Shown here: positions 16,824 to 26,452 of the stretch, piece by piece
Layout of the letters: each line of letters opens with the position of its first letter
Numbering within the stretch: position 1 is the stretch's first letter
From: a virus
Length of the DNA stretch: 49,407 nt
Virus record (IMG/VR): IMGVR_UViG_3300015203_000004
Span: 1 to 49,407 of that record
Direction: 5' to 3' (one strand)
The notes under the pieces: generated by a model
Databases searched by the model: none
Told to the model about the DNA's origin: nothing
What the model saw: only the letters and a program-made list of their open reading frames with translations
Made by a program: the position numbers and the translations under genes

Positions 16824-17771
16824 ATGCCTGCACTTATTTATCCAGCGCAAGCCCCCTTGGCGCTTACTCCCGCCGGTTTTACCGGGGCTTTGCCTGTCGA
16901 TAACTACACGGCAGCCGCTCATTGTTCAGATAATGCAATAGTTGTCCTCTCCGCCGGTACGGCTGCAGAGGGTTTATTCATTCTCGGCGGTACCTTTGTC
17001 TCGGGCGACACGATCACGTATAATGTGAACGGTTCAGGCGCGACCGTTATTCCGGTGACTAGTTCAGCCCAAGCGCTCGCCGCAGTGGTCGCAAGCATCA
17101 ATGCTCGTACGGCTCTCACCTTAGTGACGGCACAAGTTGTCCCCCTCCCATCTGGTCAAGTGATCCTGATGACGGCGAATGTCGCCGGCGTGGGCGGTAA
17201 TGCAATCACGATTGTGATTTCAACGACCTCAGTCACTGGCTCAGTCGCAGCTTCTAATGCTACTCTTGCTGGCGGCTCGGTTCTCGTTACTCCGGGTATC
17301 ATTCCTGCTCCGGTAAACGTGGCAGTCGGAATCGTTGGTATTGCACAGCATGACTCAAATAATAACTACGGCGGTACGATAAATCCTCCGGCTCCGACCC
17401 AAAACGTCTTCGGTGTCTCGCAGGTCGGCGGACTTCTCCCGATTTCCCCTTCGCAAACGATTGTTGCTACTCTTGGGTACGGCGTTGAAGTTGCGATCAA
17501 TCTGACTCAATCAACGGGTTGGATAGCGGGCGGGACTCAACAAGCGACCCTTGGAACCCCTGTCGGTCTGAACATTGACCCGGTCACCGGCTTCTATGTT
17601 GCAGATCCTACCCTCTCTAACCTGGTGGCCTTCGTAGTCGGTAAGATCAATGGGCCATTTGCTTCCAGCAATGCCCTTCGCCCCGGAGCGGGCAGCGATG
17701 TCGGTAACCTTGGAACTCGCGTCCGTATTGCCTTTAATGCTGCGGCTCTCGCCGTGTTAGCTGGAGAATAG
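16824..17771 (+). CDS. Abundant-looking A/G/V/T-rich structural protein (decoration or capsid-associated)
   Basis: Follows terminator/promoter, precedes capsid gene; aa 45-151 share a module with aa 308-427 of the 18794 gene. Confidence 0.5.
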   Translation: MPALIYPAQAPLALTPAGFTGALPVDNYTAAAHCSDNAIVVLSAGTAAEGLFILGGTFVSGDTITYNVNGSGATVIPVTSSAQALAAVVASINARTALTLVTAQVVPLPSGQVILMTANVAGVGGNAITIVISTTSVTGSVAASNATLAGGSVLVTPGIIPAPVNVAVGIVGIAQHDSNNNYGGTINPPAPTQNVFGVSQVGGLLPISPSQTIVATLGYGVEVAINLTQSTGWIAGGTQQATLGTPVGLNIDPVTGFYVADPTLSNLVAFVVGKINGPFASSNALRPGAGSDVGNLGTRVRIAFNAAALAVLAGE

Positions 17772-17775
17772 TTTA

Positions 17776-18723
17776 GTGTCTAACTTGATCAATAGCAGAA
17801 CTTATTTCCAAGCTCAGACGAAGCAGCTTAACAAGATATATACGAACTCGACCCCGACTGAGCCGTTGCGTTACCCGTCAGTTTTTAACTCGTACGAAGG
17901 CGATCCGGCGCATGGCTTCCTTCAAATGATGTCCCTCGTTGGCTTTGGTACCTTGAATGAGTTGACAGAAGGCCAGGCGGCTTCCGTTGATGCTACTAAA
18001 GAGGGCCTTATTAGTTTCTTCCCATATGTCTCTTATGCCTTGAAGTATCAAGTTACGAAGATCATGATGAGAGAAGATGCGAAACGTATTATCCCGAAAC
18101 TTCCGGGTTTGCTCCGCTACTCCAGTGACCAGACGAAAGAGTTTTTGTTCTGGAACGTCTTCAACTTAGCGTTTAACCCGTCTATCCCGTTGGCTGATGG
18201 TCAACCTCTCTGTAGCAACGCGCATCCTCTTCAAGGTTCGTCTTCACAACCACTGGTGTCGAGCTATAGCAACTTCCTCGGCGCAGTCTCACTGACGGTT
18301 GAAACGCTTCAACAAGCATACATCCTTATGGCGAACATCCCGGACGACCGTGGCCTTATCACTCACCGCACTCCTTCACAGTTGATCTTCCCATTAGGTC
18401 TTCAGCAGACGGCGACGGAACTTCTTTCCTCGAGCTACTACCCAACGAGCAACGAGAATCGCGTTAACGCGGTTGCTGGTTCGATCACCCCAATGCCGGT
18501 GGTTTACCTCACGGCTGCCGCCGGTGGCCCGTTTCCGTGGTTCGTACTTGCTGGTAAGGGTGAGCCCGGCCAGGACTCGCACTCAGTCTTCGCTTCAGTT
18601 AAGTGGGATGAGCAGCGTTCATGGATGGATGAGCAATGTGAGAACATGTTCCAACAGACTGAGTTCCGTGCAGTATGGGGCACGGTCGACGCGAGAGGCG
18701 TCGTTGGTTCCGCCGGAGCGTAA
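17776..18723 (+). CDS. Putative major capsid protein
   Basis: GTG start with GGAGA RBS, 315 aa, position after scaffold, followed by a hairpin; general resemblance to HK97-type coat N-terminal region, not verified. Confidence 0.5.
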   Translation: MSNLINSRTYFQAQTKQLNKIYTNSTPTEPLRYPSVFNSYEGDPAHGFLQMMSLVGFGTLNELTEGQAASVDATKEGLISFFPYVSYALKYQVTKIMMREDAKRIIPKLPGLLRYSSDQTKEFLFWNVFNLAFNPSIPLADGQPLCSNAHPLQGSSSQPLVSSYSNFLGAVSLTVETLQQAYILMANIPDDRGLITHRTPSQLIFPLGLQQTATELLSSSYYPTSNENRVNAVAGSITPMPVVYLTAAAGGPFPWFVLAGKGEPGQDSHSVFASVKWDEQRSWMDEQCENMFQQTEFRAVWGTVDARGVVGSAGA

Positions 18724-18732
18724 GAACTAACA

Positions 18733-18757
18733 AAGGCTCCTTAACCGGAGCCTTCTT
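18733..18757 (+). terminator. Hairpin with T-rich tail after the capsid gene
   Basis: aaggctcc ttaacc ggagcctt cttt. Confidence 0.5.
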
Positions 18758-18793
18758 TAACTTTTAAAACAAGCACTCACAGGAAGCGGAATA

Positions 18794-20407
18794 ATGCCGA
18801 TCAAGCAGATTCAATCCAAATCACGGTTGCCCGAGTCTCTTCAGTATAATGCATGGGCTCCTCTTCGTGTTACCCCCGTTGTTGTGCCGGCTTTCGCTCA
18901 GAATTCAACTGCGATTCAATCGATAAACCCTCTCGGTCTTAACTATAAGATCACGCATCTCTCATACACATTGAGCAACTTTGCGATAGTTCCCGCCGGG
19001 TCTAACCCCTCTGCGGCTCCTGCAGTTCCTCTCGCTTCTGCAGTAACCTATGGAATCCTCGCCGGCACTACGGTTACCAATACCGGGTCTACCACCATCA
19101 ACGGCGACCTCGGCTTAACTCCCGGCTCTGCTATAACTGGTTCCCCGACCGTAACTGGTGCAACGAATGTCACCAACCCGGCTGCTGTTGCGGCGCAGAA
19201 TGATCTTACTGCTGCGTACAATAATGCGGCGGGCAGAACTCCTTCGATCTCTGTGCCTTCTGACATCGGCGGTTTAACTCTCACCCCAGGTGTCTACTCG
19301 GCTGCATCTTCGCTAGGGATAACTGGCACAGTCACGTTAAATGGTCAAGGTAATGCCAATGCGGTTTGGATATTTCAAATCCCTACCTCACTGACGACAT
19401 CAGTCAGTGGCGCAGTCGTATTAACGAATGGTGCAAGCGCAAAGAATGTCTTCTGGCAAGTTGGTAGTTCTGCGACTTTGGGGGCTACCTCCACCTTCAA
19501 CGGTACCATTCTTGCACTGACGACGATTACGGCTAATACCGGCGCAATCATCAATGGTAGACTGCTCGCTCGTAACGGCGCAGTCAATCTTGCGGGTAAC
19601 ACCATCACTGTCCCGGCTGCCCCTTCCCTTCCAGTTCCTTTCGGTGTTCCCTCCGGCAACAATTTCGCCGCCGGTAAACTTGCTTTGAACATTGTAAATG
19701 GCGTTGGTGCATACGAAGGAGCCGGAGCAGCTTCCTCATACGCATATCTTACTCTCGGAGGTACATTCGTAACTGGTGACAAGATCACTGTGTCGATCCT
19801 AGGTATTCCATACGTTTATACAGTTTCCGCTCGCGGCGTTAGTTTACAGTATATCGGTCAGGCACTTACTACATCATTTAATCGCCAAACGTTGAACTCA
19901 ACAGCAGCGGGCATTTTCCCCGGTTTCAACACCTTGTATCGTGCAAACTCACTCGGAGCCGAAGTCGTCATTCAGACCCTAGCCTACAGTACGGCTACTC
20001 CTTCCTTCACGGTTTCTACGAACAGCGTCGCCGGTACAGTTACCGCTAGCGGAGCAACAATGGTAGCCGGAGTTGCTGGCGCTCTCCCAGGTGTGCCTGC
20101 GTCCGATACGACGAGCATTGGCATCGTGCCTTCGCAAGTTGGAGCAGTCGGTACTGCACTATTCCCAGTTGACATCGTTCTTCCGCTCTTCAATGCGAGT
20201 CAAGCAGATCTTGGAGGCACTATTTATGCCATTGAGAACTTTGATGTTAATTGGCCTACGTTAGCTGAAATGACCCTTCGCATTACCGCTGACGGAGTGG
20301 TCGCAGGCGGGTTGAATGTCATTCTTTGGGGCGTCCCGAATGATATTAGTCCAATGATGCCGGAGGAAGCTAACACAGCCTTCCATCTTTCCCAAATCAT
20401 TCTCTAA
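18794..20407 (+). CDS. Structural-module protein with DUF3494 ice-binding-like beta-helix domain
   Basis: YGILAGTTVTNTGSTTINGDLGLTPGSAITG..., AAQNDLTAAYNNAA, GLTLTPGVY, NAVWIFQI, LTNGASAKNVFWQVGSSATLG, FNGTILA, INGRLLARNGAVNL match IBP-1/DUF3494 hallmarks in order. Confidence 0.8.
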   Translation: MPIKQIQSKSRLPESLQYNAWAPLRVTPVVVPAFAQNSTAIQSINPLGLNYKITHLSYTLSNFAIVPAGSNPSAAPAVPLASAVTYGILAGTTVTNTGSTTINGDLGLTPGSAITGSPTVTGATNVTNPAAVAAQNDLTAAYNNAAGRTPSISVPSDIGGLTLTPGVYSAASSLGITGTVTLNGQGNANAVWIFQIPTSLTTSVSGAVVLTNGASAKNVFWQVGSSATLGATSTFNGTILALTTITANTGAIINGRLLARNGAVNLAGNTITVPAAPSLPVPFGVPSGNNFAAGKLALNIVNGVGAYEGAGAASSYAYLTLGGTFVTGDKITVSILGIPYVYTVSARGVSLQYIGQALTTSFNRQTLNSTAAGIFPGFNTLYRANSLGAEVVIQTLAYSTATPSFTVSTNSVAGTVTASGATMVAGVAGALPGVPASDTTSIGIVPSQVGAVGTALFPVDIVLPLFNASQADLGGTIYAIENFDVNWPTLAEMTLRITADGVVAGGLNVILWGVPNDISPMMPEEANTAFHLSQIIL

Positions 20408-20416
20408 AGGTGTAAT

Positions 20417-20851
20417 ATGGCTAGTGGCAATTCCACGATGGGCAATGCTGCTGGGCAGCAAATAGCCTCCTTCACTGCAGCAGGGGACTCCGGTCCTCTG
20501 CTTTACTATGTATCGCCTGCAGGCAACTGGCCTATCAACTATTCTCTGATCCGTACCCGCAAAGAGTTCACGATTGGTCTAGGCGGATCTGGTGCAGGTC
20601 TTCAAGTCACAATGTACTTCACGACTGACCGTGATACAGCGGCGGGAGTCTCTGCTAACCCAGTCTGGTATCTCTGTCCTGCTCCATCCACTGAGTCTTC
20701 AGCCCAGTGGTCAAATCCAATGCAGAATACTGTCGGACTTAATGTACTCAACTTCAAGGCTAATGCTATCGCACTGCGTGCAGTAGCAACGGCTATTGTC
20801 GGTGGTCCCGCGATTACAGGAACTACGAACGTCATCCTCATGGCGAATTAA
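20417..20851 (+). CDS. Hypothetical structural protein
   Basis: 144-aa beta-rich ORF in head/tail module. Confidence 0.45.
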   Translation: MASGNSTMGNAAGQQIASFTAAGDSGPLLYYVSPAGNWPINYSLIRTRKEFTIGLGGSGAGLQVTMYFTTDRDTAAGVSANPVWYLCPAPSTESSAQWSNPMQNTVGLNVLNFKANAIALRAVATAIVGGPAITGTTNVILMAN

Positions 20852-20873
20852 TGTGGCGCAATCAGAGCAGCAA

Positions 20874-21512
20874 ATGGCCGTTCAAAAAATCAAGGATCCC
20901 GGCAAGCGTAAAGCAGCTTACTATAAGTTACAACGTGAGCACGCCGAAGAGTCCGGTGACCAGGCTACTACCGACAAGATATACTCCAAACTTGGTAAGA
21001 AGTCACATAATGTCGATTCCACTCGCGGTGACAAGGCTATCCTTGGTGCTGCTCCTTTCATTCCTGAGGCCCTCGCTGGTCTAGGCGAAATGGCCGCTGC
21101 AAGAGGTGCGTTGGGGGTAGGTAAAATGATACCTCGCCTCGGTCGTGCAGCAGAAGGCGGGGAAGCGGGAACAGCGTCTAAATCATTGGTTCCTCGCAGA
21201 TCCTCTACACCCCCAGAGAAGTCATATCAACACTTAGGACGTGCTACCCCTGTAAAAAAAGCATTGCCCTCTAATAAGAGGGCTCTCGGCGACTCCGGTA
21301 AAGCTCCCAGTGTTGGGAGAAAGTCGTCCTCCAAAACTCTATCAGGTAAACAGGGATCTAAGGCTCTAACAAGTGGCTCACAGAAAGCATTGCCATCTGG
21401 GGATCATAAGGCATTCGACAACGAACTAGCCGCGCAAACAAAAAGATCAAAAATACCGGGTGGCAAAAAGGGCGCAATCAAGGGTTCTAGGAAAAAGGTA
21501 GTCGCCTCATAA
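20874..21512 (+). CDS. Lys/Ser/Gly-rich basic protein (alternative GTG start 20853)
   Basis: Disordered basic composition, KKGAIKGSRKKVVAS tail. Confidence 0.45.
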   Translation: MAVQKIKDPGKRKAAYYKLQREHAEESGDQATTDKIYSKLGKKSHNVDSTRGDKAILGAAPFIPEALAGLGEMAAARGALGVGKMIPRLGRAAEGGEAGTASKSLVPRRSSTPPEKSYQHLGRATPVKKALPSNKRALGDSGKAPSVGRKSSSKTLSGKQGSKALTSGSQKALPSGDHKAFDNELAAQTKRSKIPGGKKGAIKGSRKKVVAS

Positions 21513-21527
21513 AACGAGAATACTCAG

Positions 21528-21713
21528 TTGCAGATAGATCACGTACATTCTGATGGCTTTTTACACAGAAAGTACGGTTCAGGTGGTACAATAAAATACA
21601 TGCGCGAAGTACTTAACGATGAATTGGGACGATTTCAGTTATTGTGTGCTAACTGTAATTGGATTAAGAGGTCTGAAGATCTCATAAATCGGGAGATGAT
21701 AAAGTTAATTTAG
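21528..21713 (+). pseudogene. Truncated HNH endonuclease, C-terminal half only, paralog of 210..620
   Basis: QIDHVHSDG...FQLLCANCNWIKR parallels FDHRDG...DLVCLNCHALR. No ATG (TTG only), and the N-terminal Cys ribbon is missing. Confidence 0.45.
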
Positions 21714-21739
21714 GTTTAATCGCGAACACCTTTCGCTTC

Positions 21740-22531
21740 ATGATGGACGAAGCCTCTACCAAGAGGTTTACTGCCGCAGATGTCGCACAACTCGCAACTC
21801 GTGCTCAAAATCAGGTTGCCTTTGAAGTTGACCATCCCGAGAGCACACAGAACATACTTCTTGTCTCCGGGCAACAGGAATATCAACTTATTGACCTTAT
21901 GAAGTTACTGAGAGTTTACACTGCGGTGTTCAACTCTGATAATCCTAACTTCCCTTTTACCTTCAAACAAGAACTCATAGCTACGAACATCGGCACACTA
22001 GAAGGTGACGTCATTCAAAGATATGACAATTCCTCTGGCATAGTGCCGCAGACCTCGAAATATATAGCTCAACAGCCGGAGTTGTACCCGTATGCCGGAG
22101 GTCCTAATAACGCTCGGGGTTTCGGGAATAATAGCTGTGAGCCCTATCCTACAAATATGCCGTGGAGTAGCTGTAATAGTCGTCCCTCATACTACTTGAG
22201 AGGGGGCTATATCGGTGTTGTACCCATTCCGTTGCAGTCAAACCCACCAACTTATCTGATGATCGACTGTACCCCGGCCCCGCCTGCGCTAGTTAATACC
22301 ACGGATAATTCTATTTACCCTGATATCTTCCTAGAAGCTATCGTTTGGAAGATGATTGAGTATGCGTCTTACTCGGATCATAATTCCGCACAAATGCAAG
22401 CTGCTCAGATGTACCAAAACGAAGTGACGATGAAGATTAACCCGTGGATACAACGTTTACAGGCTACTAGGCCGAAAACTATGGTTCCGATCACTAAGCG
22501 TACTTATTTCAGACGCGGAGGCATCCGATGA
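21740..22531 (+). CDS. Hypothetical tail/adaptor-module protein
   Basis: 263-aa ORF by position; no motif. Confidence 0.4.
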   Translation: MMDEASTKRFTAADVAQLATRAQNQVAFEVDHPESTQNILLVSGQQEYQLIDLMKLLRVYTAVFNSDNPNFPFTFKQELIATNIGTLEGDVIQRYDNSSGIVPQTSKYIAQQPELYPYAGGPNNARGFGNNSCEPYPTNMPWSSCNSRPSYYLRGGYIGVVPIPLQSNPPTYLMIDCTPAPPALVNTTDNSIYPDIFLEAIVWKMIEYASYSDHNSAQMQAAQMYQNEVTMKINPWIQRLQATRPKTMVPITKRTYFRRGGIR

Positions 22532-23937
22532 CCGTTCCTACTGGGCCAGTCTACTACCCCTTTGCGGTAGTTCCTCCGACATCTAGCAGCAATGTCATCC
22601 CGAATGATCTCATCATTGAGACAGTCTATCCGGGTATTATCCTTGACGGCGCTGAGATTGGGTCAGTTTACTTTGTTATGCGTGAAGTCTCTGGCTGCAC
22701 CTGGTTCGTAGTGAATGCAGACTTCAATGAGACTACCCTACAATGGACACAAGAGGACCCCACTAATCCTAATTTACCGTCATATGCTATGGAAATTTGC
22801 GGGTCTGGCACCTGGAACTACTATTCTGCTGTCCCAACACTTGTTCCCGGCACTACGGTCGCCTGGGTTCTCATGAACCAAATAACTGCAAATGGTCTAT
22901 CTATCATTGAGCCTTTGCCAATCACAAACTCCTCAAATGCTATGCAGCAAATCCTCGCTACATGGAACGCTGGCTCTGCAGTACAACTAACCGCTCGTTA
23001 TGTGGATGTAACTGATCTCTCTTCAGCCTCATCCTCTCTACTGGATAACTTGGCTGTCAATAGTGTCTCTAAGTGGGCCGTTGATAAGACGGGAACCCTG
23101 ACAGTCGGCATTATCCCGTCCGCACGTATCTCTGGCCTAACTCCCTTCCCCGGGTTCAATAACGTGACCTTAACTGGTACGACGACTATGACCGGGCCTG
23201 TTAACATGACGAGTACGCTAGATGTTACTGGAGCCGTAACCGCTCATTCATCCCTCACAGCAGATAGCACATTCTATGCAACCGGATTGACTACTCTTCA
23301 TGGTGCAGTCGTAGCTGATAGCACTGTTACTGTCACAGGGCTCACTGATCTCAATGGCGGCCTTAATGTAACGGGTGGAGAGACTCAAACTGGTGGGCCG
23401 GTCACTATAGGCGGTATCCTCACTACGAACAGCAACTTCGTTGCAAACGGTCTTGCTCAGTTATCAAACGCTACTGTGAGTGGGAATCTCACTGAGGTAG
23501 GCGGTGGCCCCGTCTTTCCATTGACTTCACCAGATGCGAGTGTAACTGTTGCTACTGTTGGACACGGCTATACAGTCGAAGTTACGAGTCCCTATTTACC
23601 GACTGTACGAGCACAAATCAGAGTTCCTTTGAGCACAACCGTGCCTTTTAGTCAGTCTCTGTCCCTGCCGACTCTGCCCGGACCCGGTTCACGAGCATAC
23701 AATCTCTATGCTTTTGCCGGATGGCCGTGTAATACTGGAGGAACGATGACTCTATCTGGTTCCGGCGCAACCTGGGAATCTACGACTGTGTATAGCAACT
23801 TCAGTGGTATGGATACCATTGATCTGATTGGTACTGCTGTGGGAGGACAGACTCCGTCTGTAACCTGGTCTGTACCAAATACAAATGGGTCTGCGACCTC
23901 GAACATTGCTCTTTCTATTACAGCATACCCGGTGTAA
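22528..23937 (+). CDS. Fibre/spike-like protein with short beta-helix-type repeats
   Basis: LTGTTTMTGPVNMTSTLDVTGAVTAHSSLTADSTFYATGLTTLHGAVVADSTVTVTGLTDLNGGLNVTGG. Confidence 0.5.
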   Translation: MTVPTGPVYYPFAVVPPTSSSNVIPNDLIIETVYPGIILDGAEIGSVYFVMREVSGCTWFVVNADFNETTLQWTQEDPTNPNLPSYAMEICGSGTWNYYSAVPTLVPGTTVAWVLMNQITANGLSIIEPLPITNSSNAMQQILATWNAGSAVQLTARYVDVTDLSSASSSLLDNLAVNSVSKWAVDKTGTLTVGIIPSARISGLTPFPGFNNVTLTGTTTMTGPVNMTSTLDVTGAVTAHSSLTADSTFYATGLTTLHGAVVADSTVTVTGLTDLNGGLNVTGGETQTGGPVTIGGILTTNSNFVANGLAQLSNATVSGNLTEVGGGPVFPLTSPDASVTVATVGHGYTVEVTSPYLPTVRAQIRVPLSTTVPFSQSLSLPTLPGPGSRAYNLYAFAGWPCNTGGTMTLSGSGATWESTTVYSNFSGMDTIDLIGTAVGGQTPSVTWSVPNTNGSATSNIALSITAYPV

Positions 23938-23938
23938 T

Positions 23939-25735
23939 GTGCCTGCTGTTTCTAACCCTACCAACGACTACTGGCAAGAATTCATAGCAGTCGGTCCTTT
24001 CGGGGGACTAGACACGACTACTGAACCATACTTTGTTGGGCCGAATAACTTTGTTGACGGTCTTAACTTTGTGCCAAACTCTGGTTTCGGCGGTTTCGTA
24101 ACCACCGAGGGCCGTAGCAGCTTCCTAGGGGCCTCTTTGCCCGGTCCCTGCTACGGAATACACGGAGTTAACCGAGTGGGCCTTCCTACCCTATATCTGT
24201 TCTCTGTGACGGTAGCGGGAGTGGGGTATATCTATGGTGCGGTCCAAGGGGGTATTCCCTTCCTGATTCCTACTCCAGTGCCTCTCGCCCCAGATTCTCC
24301 GGTGTCCTTTGCTGATTCAATCCACTGGGTCTTCATGACGGACGGGGTCGGAGCAACTCTGAAGTATGATGTTAACACCGGGATAATCACACAATGGGGA
24401 ATCGTAGCTCCCGTTACTGCTCCTACTTTAGCTACCGACGGTCCTGCTGCTATGAGTGGTAATTATGTTTACAATGTGACGTTTGAGGGGGGCGGGCTCG
24501 AGTCTAGCGCCGGCCTGTTCTCTCTCCCAATCACGGTTGCGGGTACGGGAGTAACCCTTACAGGTATTCCTGTGAGTACTGATCCTCAAGTCACTACGGT
24601 GAACATCTATCGGGAGGGGGGCAGTCTCGGTCAATTCCTCTTTGTGGCTTCGGTGCCGAACGGTACTACGACCTATACTGATACTACTTCTGACTCGAGT
24701 CTATCGGCTGACCTCCCAGAGACTCTTCGCAGAGATCCTCCACCAATCTTCACAGCTATCGCTTCTTATAAGGAGCGTATCTGGGGGTTCGGTACTACAA
24801 CCGATCCTTCCCTAGTTTACTTCTCAAATTACAATGAACCCTGGGCCTTCGATTTAGTTCAGGGGTTCTACCCAGTAGAGGAAAATAACTTCAATGACGT
24901 GGCTATCGGACTATGCTCCATCGGATCTCAGCTCGTCCTATTCAAGTCACGTTCTACTTACCAAGTTACCGGATCAACGAACGCTGATTTCCAGGTTAAC
25001 AAATTGTTCGACATCGGTTGTAGATCCAGGCGGTCTATATGCACGTCTTATGGCGTCTGCTGGTGGATTTCGAAGCAAGGAATCTATCAATTCGATGGTT
25101 CATCCCCAACTAATCTCAGTGATGGAGGTTTCCAGCAGTCAAACATAAAGTCGATTATTGATTCATTCTCAGACACGGACTTCTCTGACGTCACGAGTTT
25201 CGTATACGACCGTATGGTCCACTTCTCTTTTCCGACGTTCAACAAGACCTACTTATGGGACCTCAGAAGCCAGGGATGGTACCCTATGGGATTCGCATTA
25301 GATCAGGTTTACTTTGATCTTGAGTCGGATACTCCCGTTATCGGTTCAGATTTACAATCTGCGGGACAGATTGACCTTTGGTTCTCGGGGCCGGGGGATT
25401 TCGGTAATCCGATCCTAGCTTACATCCTTTCGAGAGTGACTGATAGTGGGACCATAGAATCGACTAAGGATTACCGATACATAGAGTTACAGGCTCCTGT
25501 CCAGACGGGGACGGTAACTATTTCAACCATTGTTGATCCGGGATCACTTCAATTCTCAGATACATCGTCTTTTGATTTATCATCGGGTTATGTCCGTCAA
25601 CAGGGCTCTCTTCCGAGGGGTATGGTAGGTGCAGAAGTTCAAATCAAGGTTTTAGTTAGTTCTTCTAGTGTCATACATATACAAAAAGTAGCTATACACG
25701 GGTACATCAAGTCGAAGTACAGGAATCGCGACTAA
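23939..25735 (+). CDS. Large tail protein (nozzle/tubular-B candidate); start GTG 23939 or ATG 23885
   Basis: About 600 aa, position after the fibre-like gene; no motif verified. Confidence 0.4.
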   Translation: MPAVSNPTNDYWQEFIAVGPFGGLDTTTEPYFVGPNNFVDGLNFVPNSGFGGFVTTEGRSSFLGASLPGPCYGIHGVNRVGLPTLYLFSVTVAGVGYIYGAVQGGIPFLIPTPVPLAPDSPVSFADSIHWVFMTDGVGATLKYDVNTGIITQWGIVAPVTAPTLATDGPAAMSGNYVYNVTFEGGGLESSAGLFSLPITVAGTGVTLTGIPVSTDPQVTTVNIYREGGSLGQFLFVASVPNGTTTYTDTTSDSSLSADLPETLRRDPPPIFTAIASYKERIWGFGTTTDPSLVYFSNYNEPWAFDLVQGFYPVEENNFNDVAIGLCSIGSQLVLFKSRSTYQVTGSTNADFQVNKLFDIGCRSRRSICTSYGVCWWISKQGIYQFDGSSPTNLSDGGFQQSNIKSIIDSFSDTDFSDVTSFVYDRMVHFSFPTFNKTYLWDLRSQGWYPMGFALDQVYFDLESDTPVIGSDLQSAGQIDLWFSGPGDFGNPILAYILSRVTDSGTIESTKDYRYIELQAPVQTGTVTISTIVDPGSLQFSDTSSFDLSSGYVRQQGSLPRGMVGAEVQIKVLVSSSSVIHIQKVAIHGYIKSKYRNRD

Positions 25736-26241
25736 TGACAATCCCTCCTTCGCCTAAGCAACTTAGCGTTCGTACTGTAAACGAGTACAATGCCGTAAAG
25801 GGTGTATTCGTTCCGCAGACTACAACCACGCAGGCAACAGCCTCACTACCTGTCGCGAATCCTCCGATGTTACTTGGTGTAGATGCTCTTAATTTCGTGC
25901 TGCCGGCGACGGGCACTTTTTCGTTCACATTTCCGAATCTTCCGGTGAGAACGAATACTGCAAACCCTGTGTCCTCAGTTCCATTCGGATCTCAGTCTCC
26001 CTTAGTTATTCCTCAGGGGAGTTTGATGCTGTTTAACCTCTCTCTCATGAATGCCCCCACTTGGGTACGGTTTTCGGGGTATGCAGTCATGCCGGGTAAC
26101 CCCCCAGGTCCTAGTGCTAGTATCTTTGTACCGGCCCCTTTTCACGGTCCGGGCTCTTACTCTGTATTCGGTGTCAATATCACTGGGACAGCAGGACAAT
26201 CTGGAACAATCTTCGCGGAGGTTTTCATACAACGTGGTTGA
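25735..26241 (+). CDS. Hypothetical structural protein
   Basis: 168-aa ORF, ATGA coupled. Confidence 0.45.
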   Translation: MTIPPSPKQLSVRTVNEYNAVKGVFVPQTTTTQATASLPVANPPMLLGVDALNFVLPATGTFSFTFPNLPVRTNTANPVSSVPFGSQSPLVIPQGSLMLFNLSLMNAPTWVRFSGYAVMPGNPPGPSASIFVPAPFHGPGSYSVFGVNITGTAGQSGTIFAEVFIQRG

Positions 26242-26452
26242 GTTACCCGACTGGCAACAAGTTCTCCCCAAACTCCCCGACCTTAAACGATTCGAGCGTA
26301 CTTTTCAAGGTCCGAGAGGCACAGGACAGGGGATGTGGGGATCATTCGCGAAATATAATAGCAACATGTGGGATCCTTTGAAAGGGAAAAACAATGGCAA
26401 CCCCGGCAAAAAAACCAAAAATAGCGGCAAAGACCCCCGCAAAGCCTTCTAA
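26234..26452 (+). CDS. Possible small basic protein (GTG 26234 or ATG 26333); uncertain
   Basis: Fills an otherwise 152-nt gap; overlaps the next ORF by 59 nt in an A-run-rich stretch. Confidence 0.25.
   Translation: MVELPDWQQVLPKLPDLKRFERTFQGPRGTGQGMWGSFAKYNSNMWDPLKGKNNGNPGKKTKNSGKDPRKAF

Noticed and set aside
19375-19788. Antisense or alternative-frame ORFs within long genes, e.g. 19375..19788, 28166..28567, 36897..37211, 37736..38107, 39172..39726, 14621..15043, 34730..35095
   Set aside because: Each lies wholly inside an ORF with recognisable motifs or a coherent operon context and gives low-complexity or odd-composition products. Treated as spurious.
20851-21084. 77-aa ORF with TAATG coupling at 20851
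   Set aside because: The alternative frame (20874..21512) is three times longer and has a coherent basic, disordered composition, whereas this product is irregular. The coupling-style start may be coincidental.
26051-26241. Upstream part of ORF 26051..26452
   Set aside because: It overlaps the 25735..26241 gene in another frame. Only the portion after 26234 could be real.
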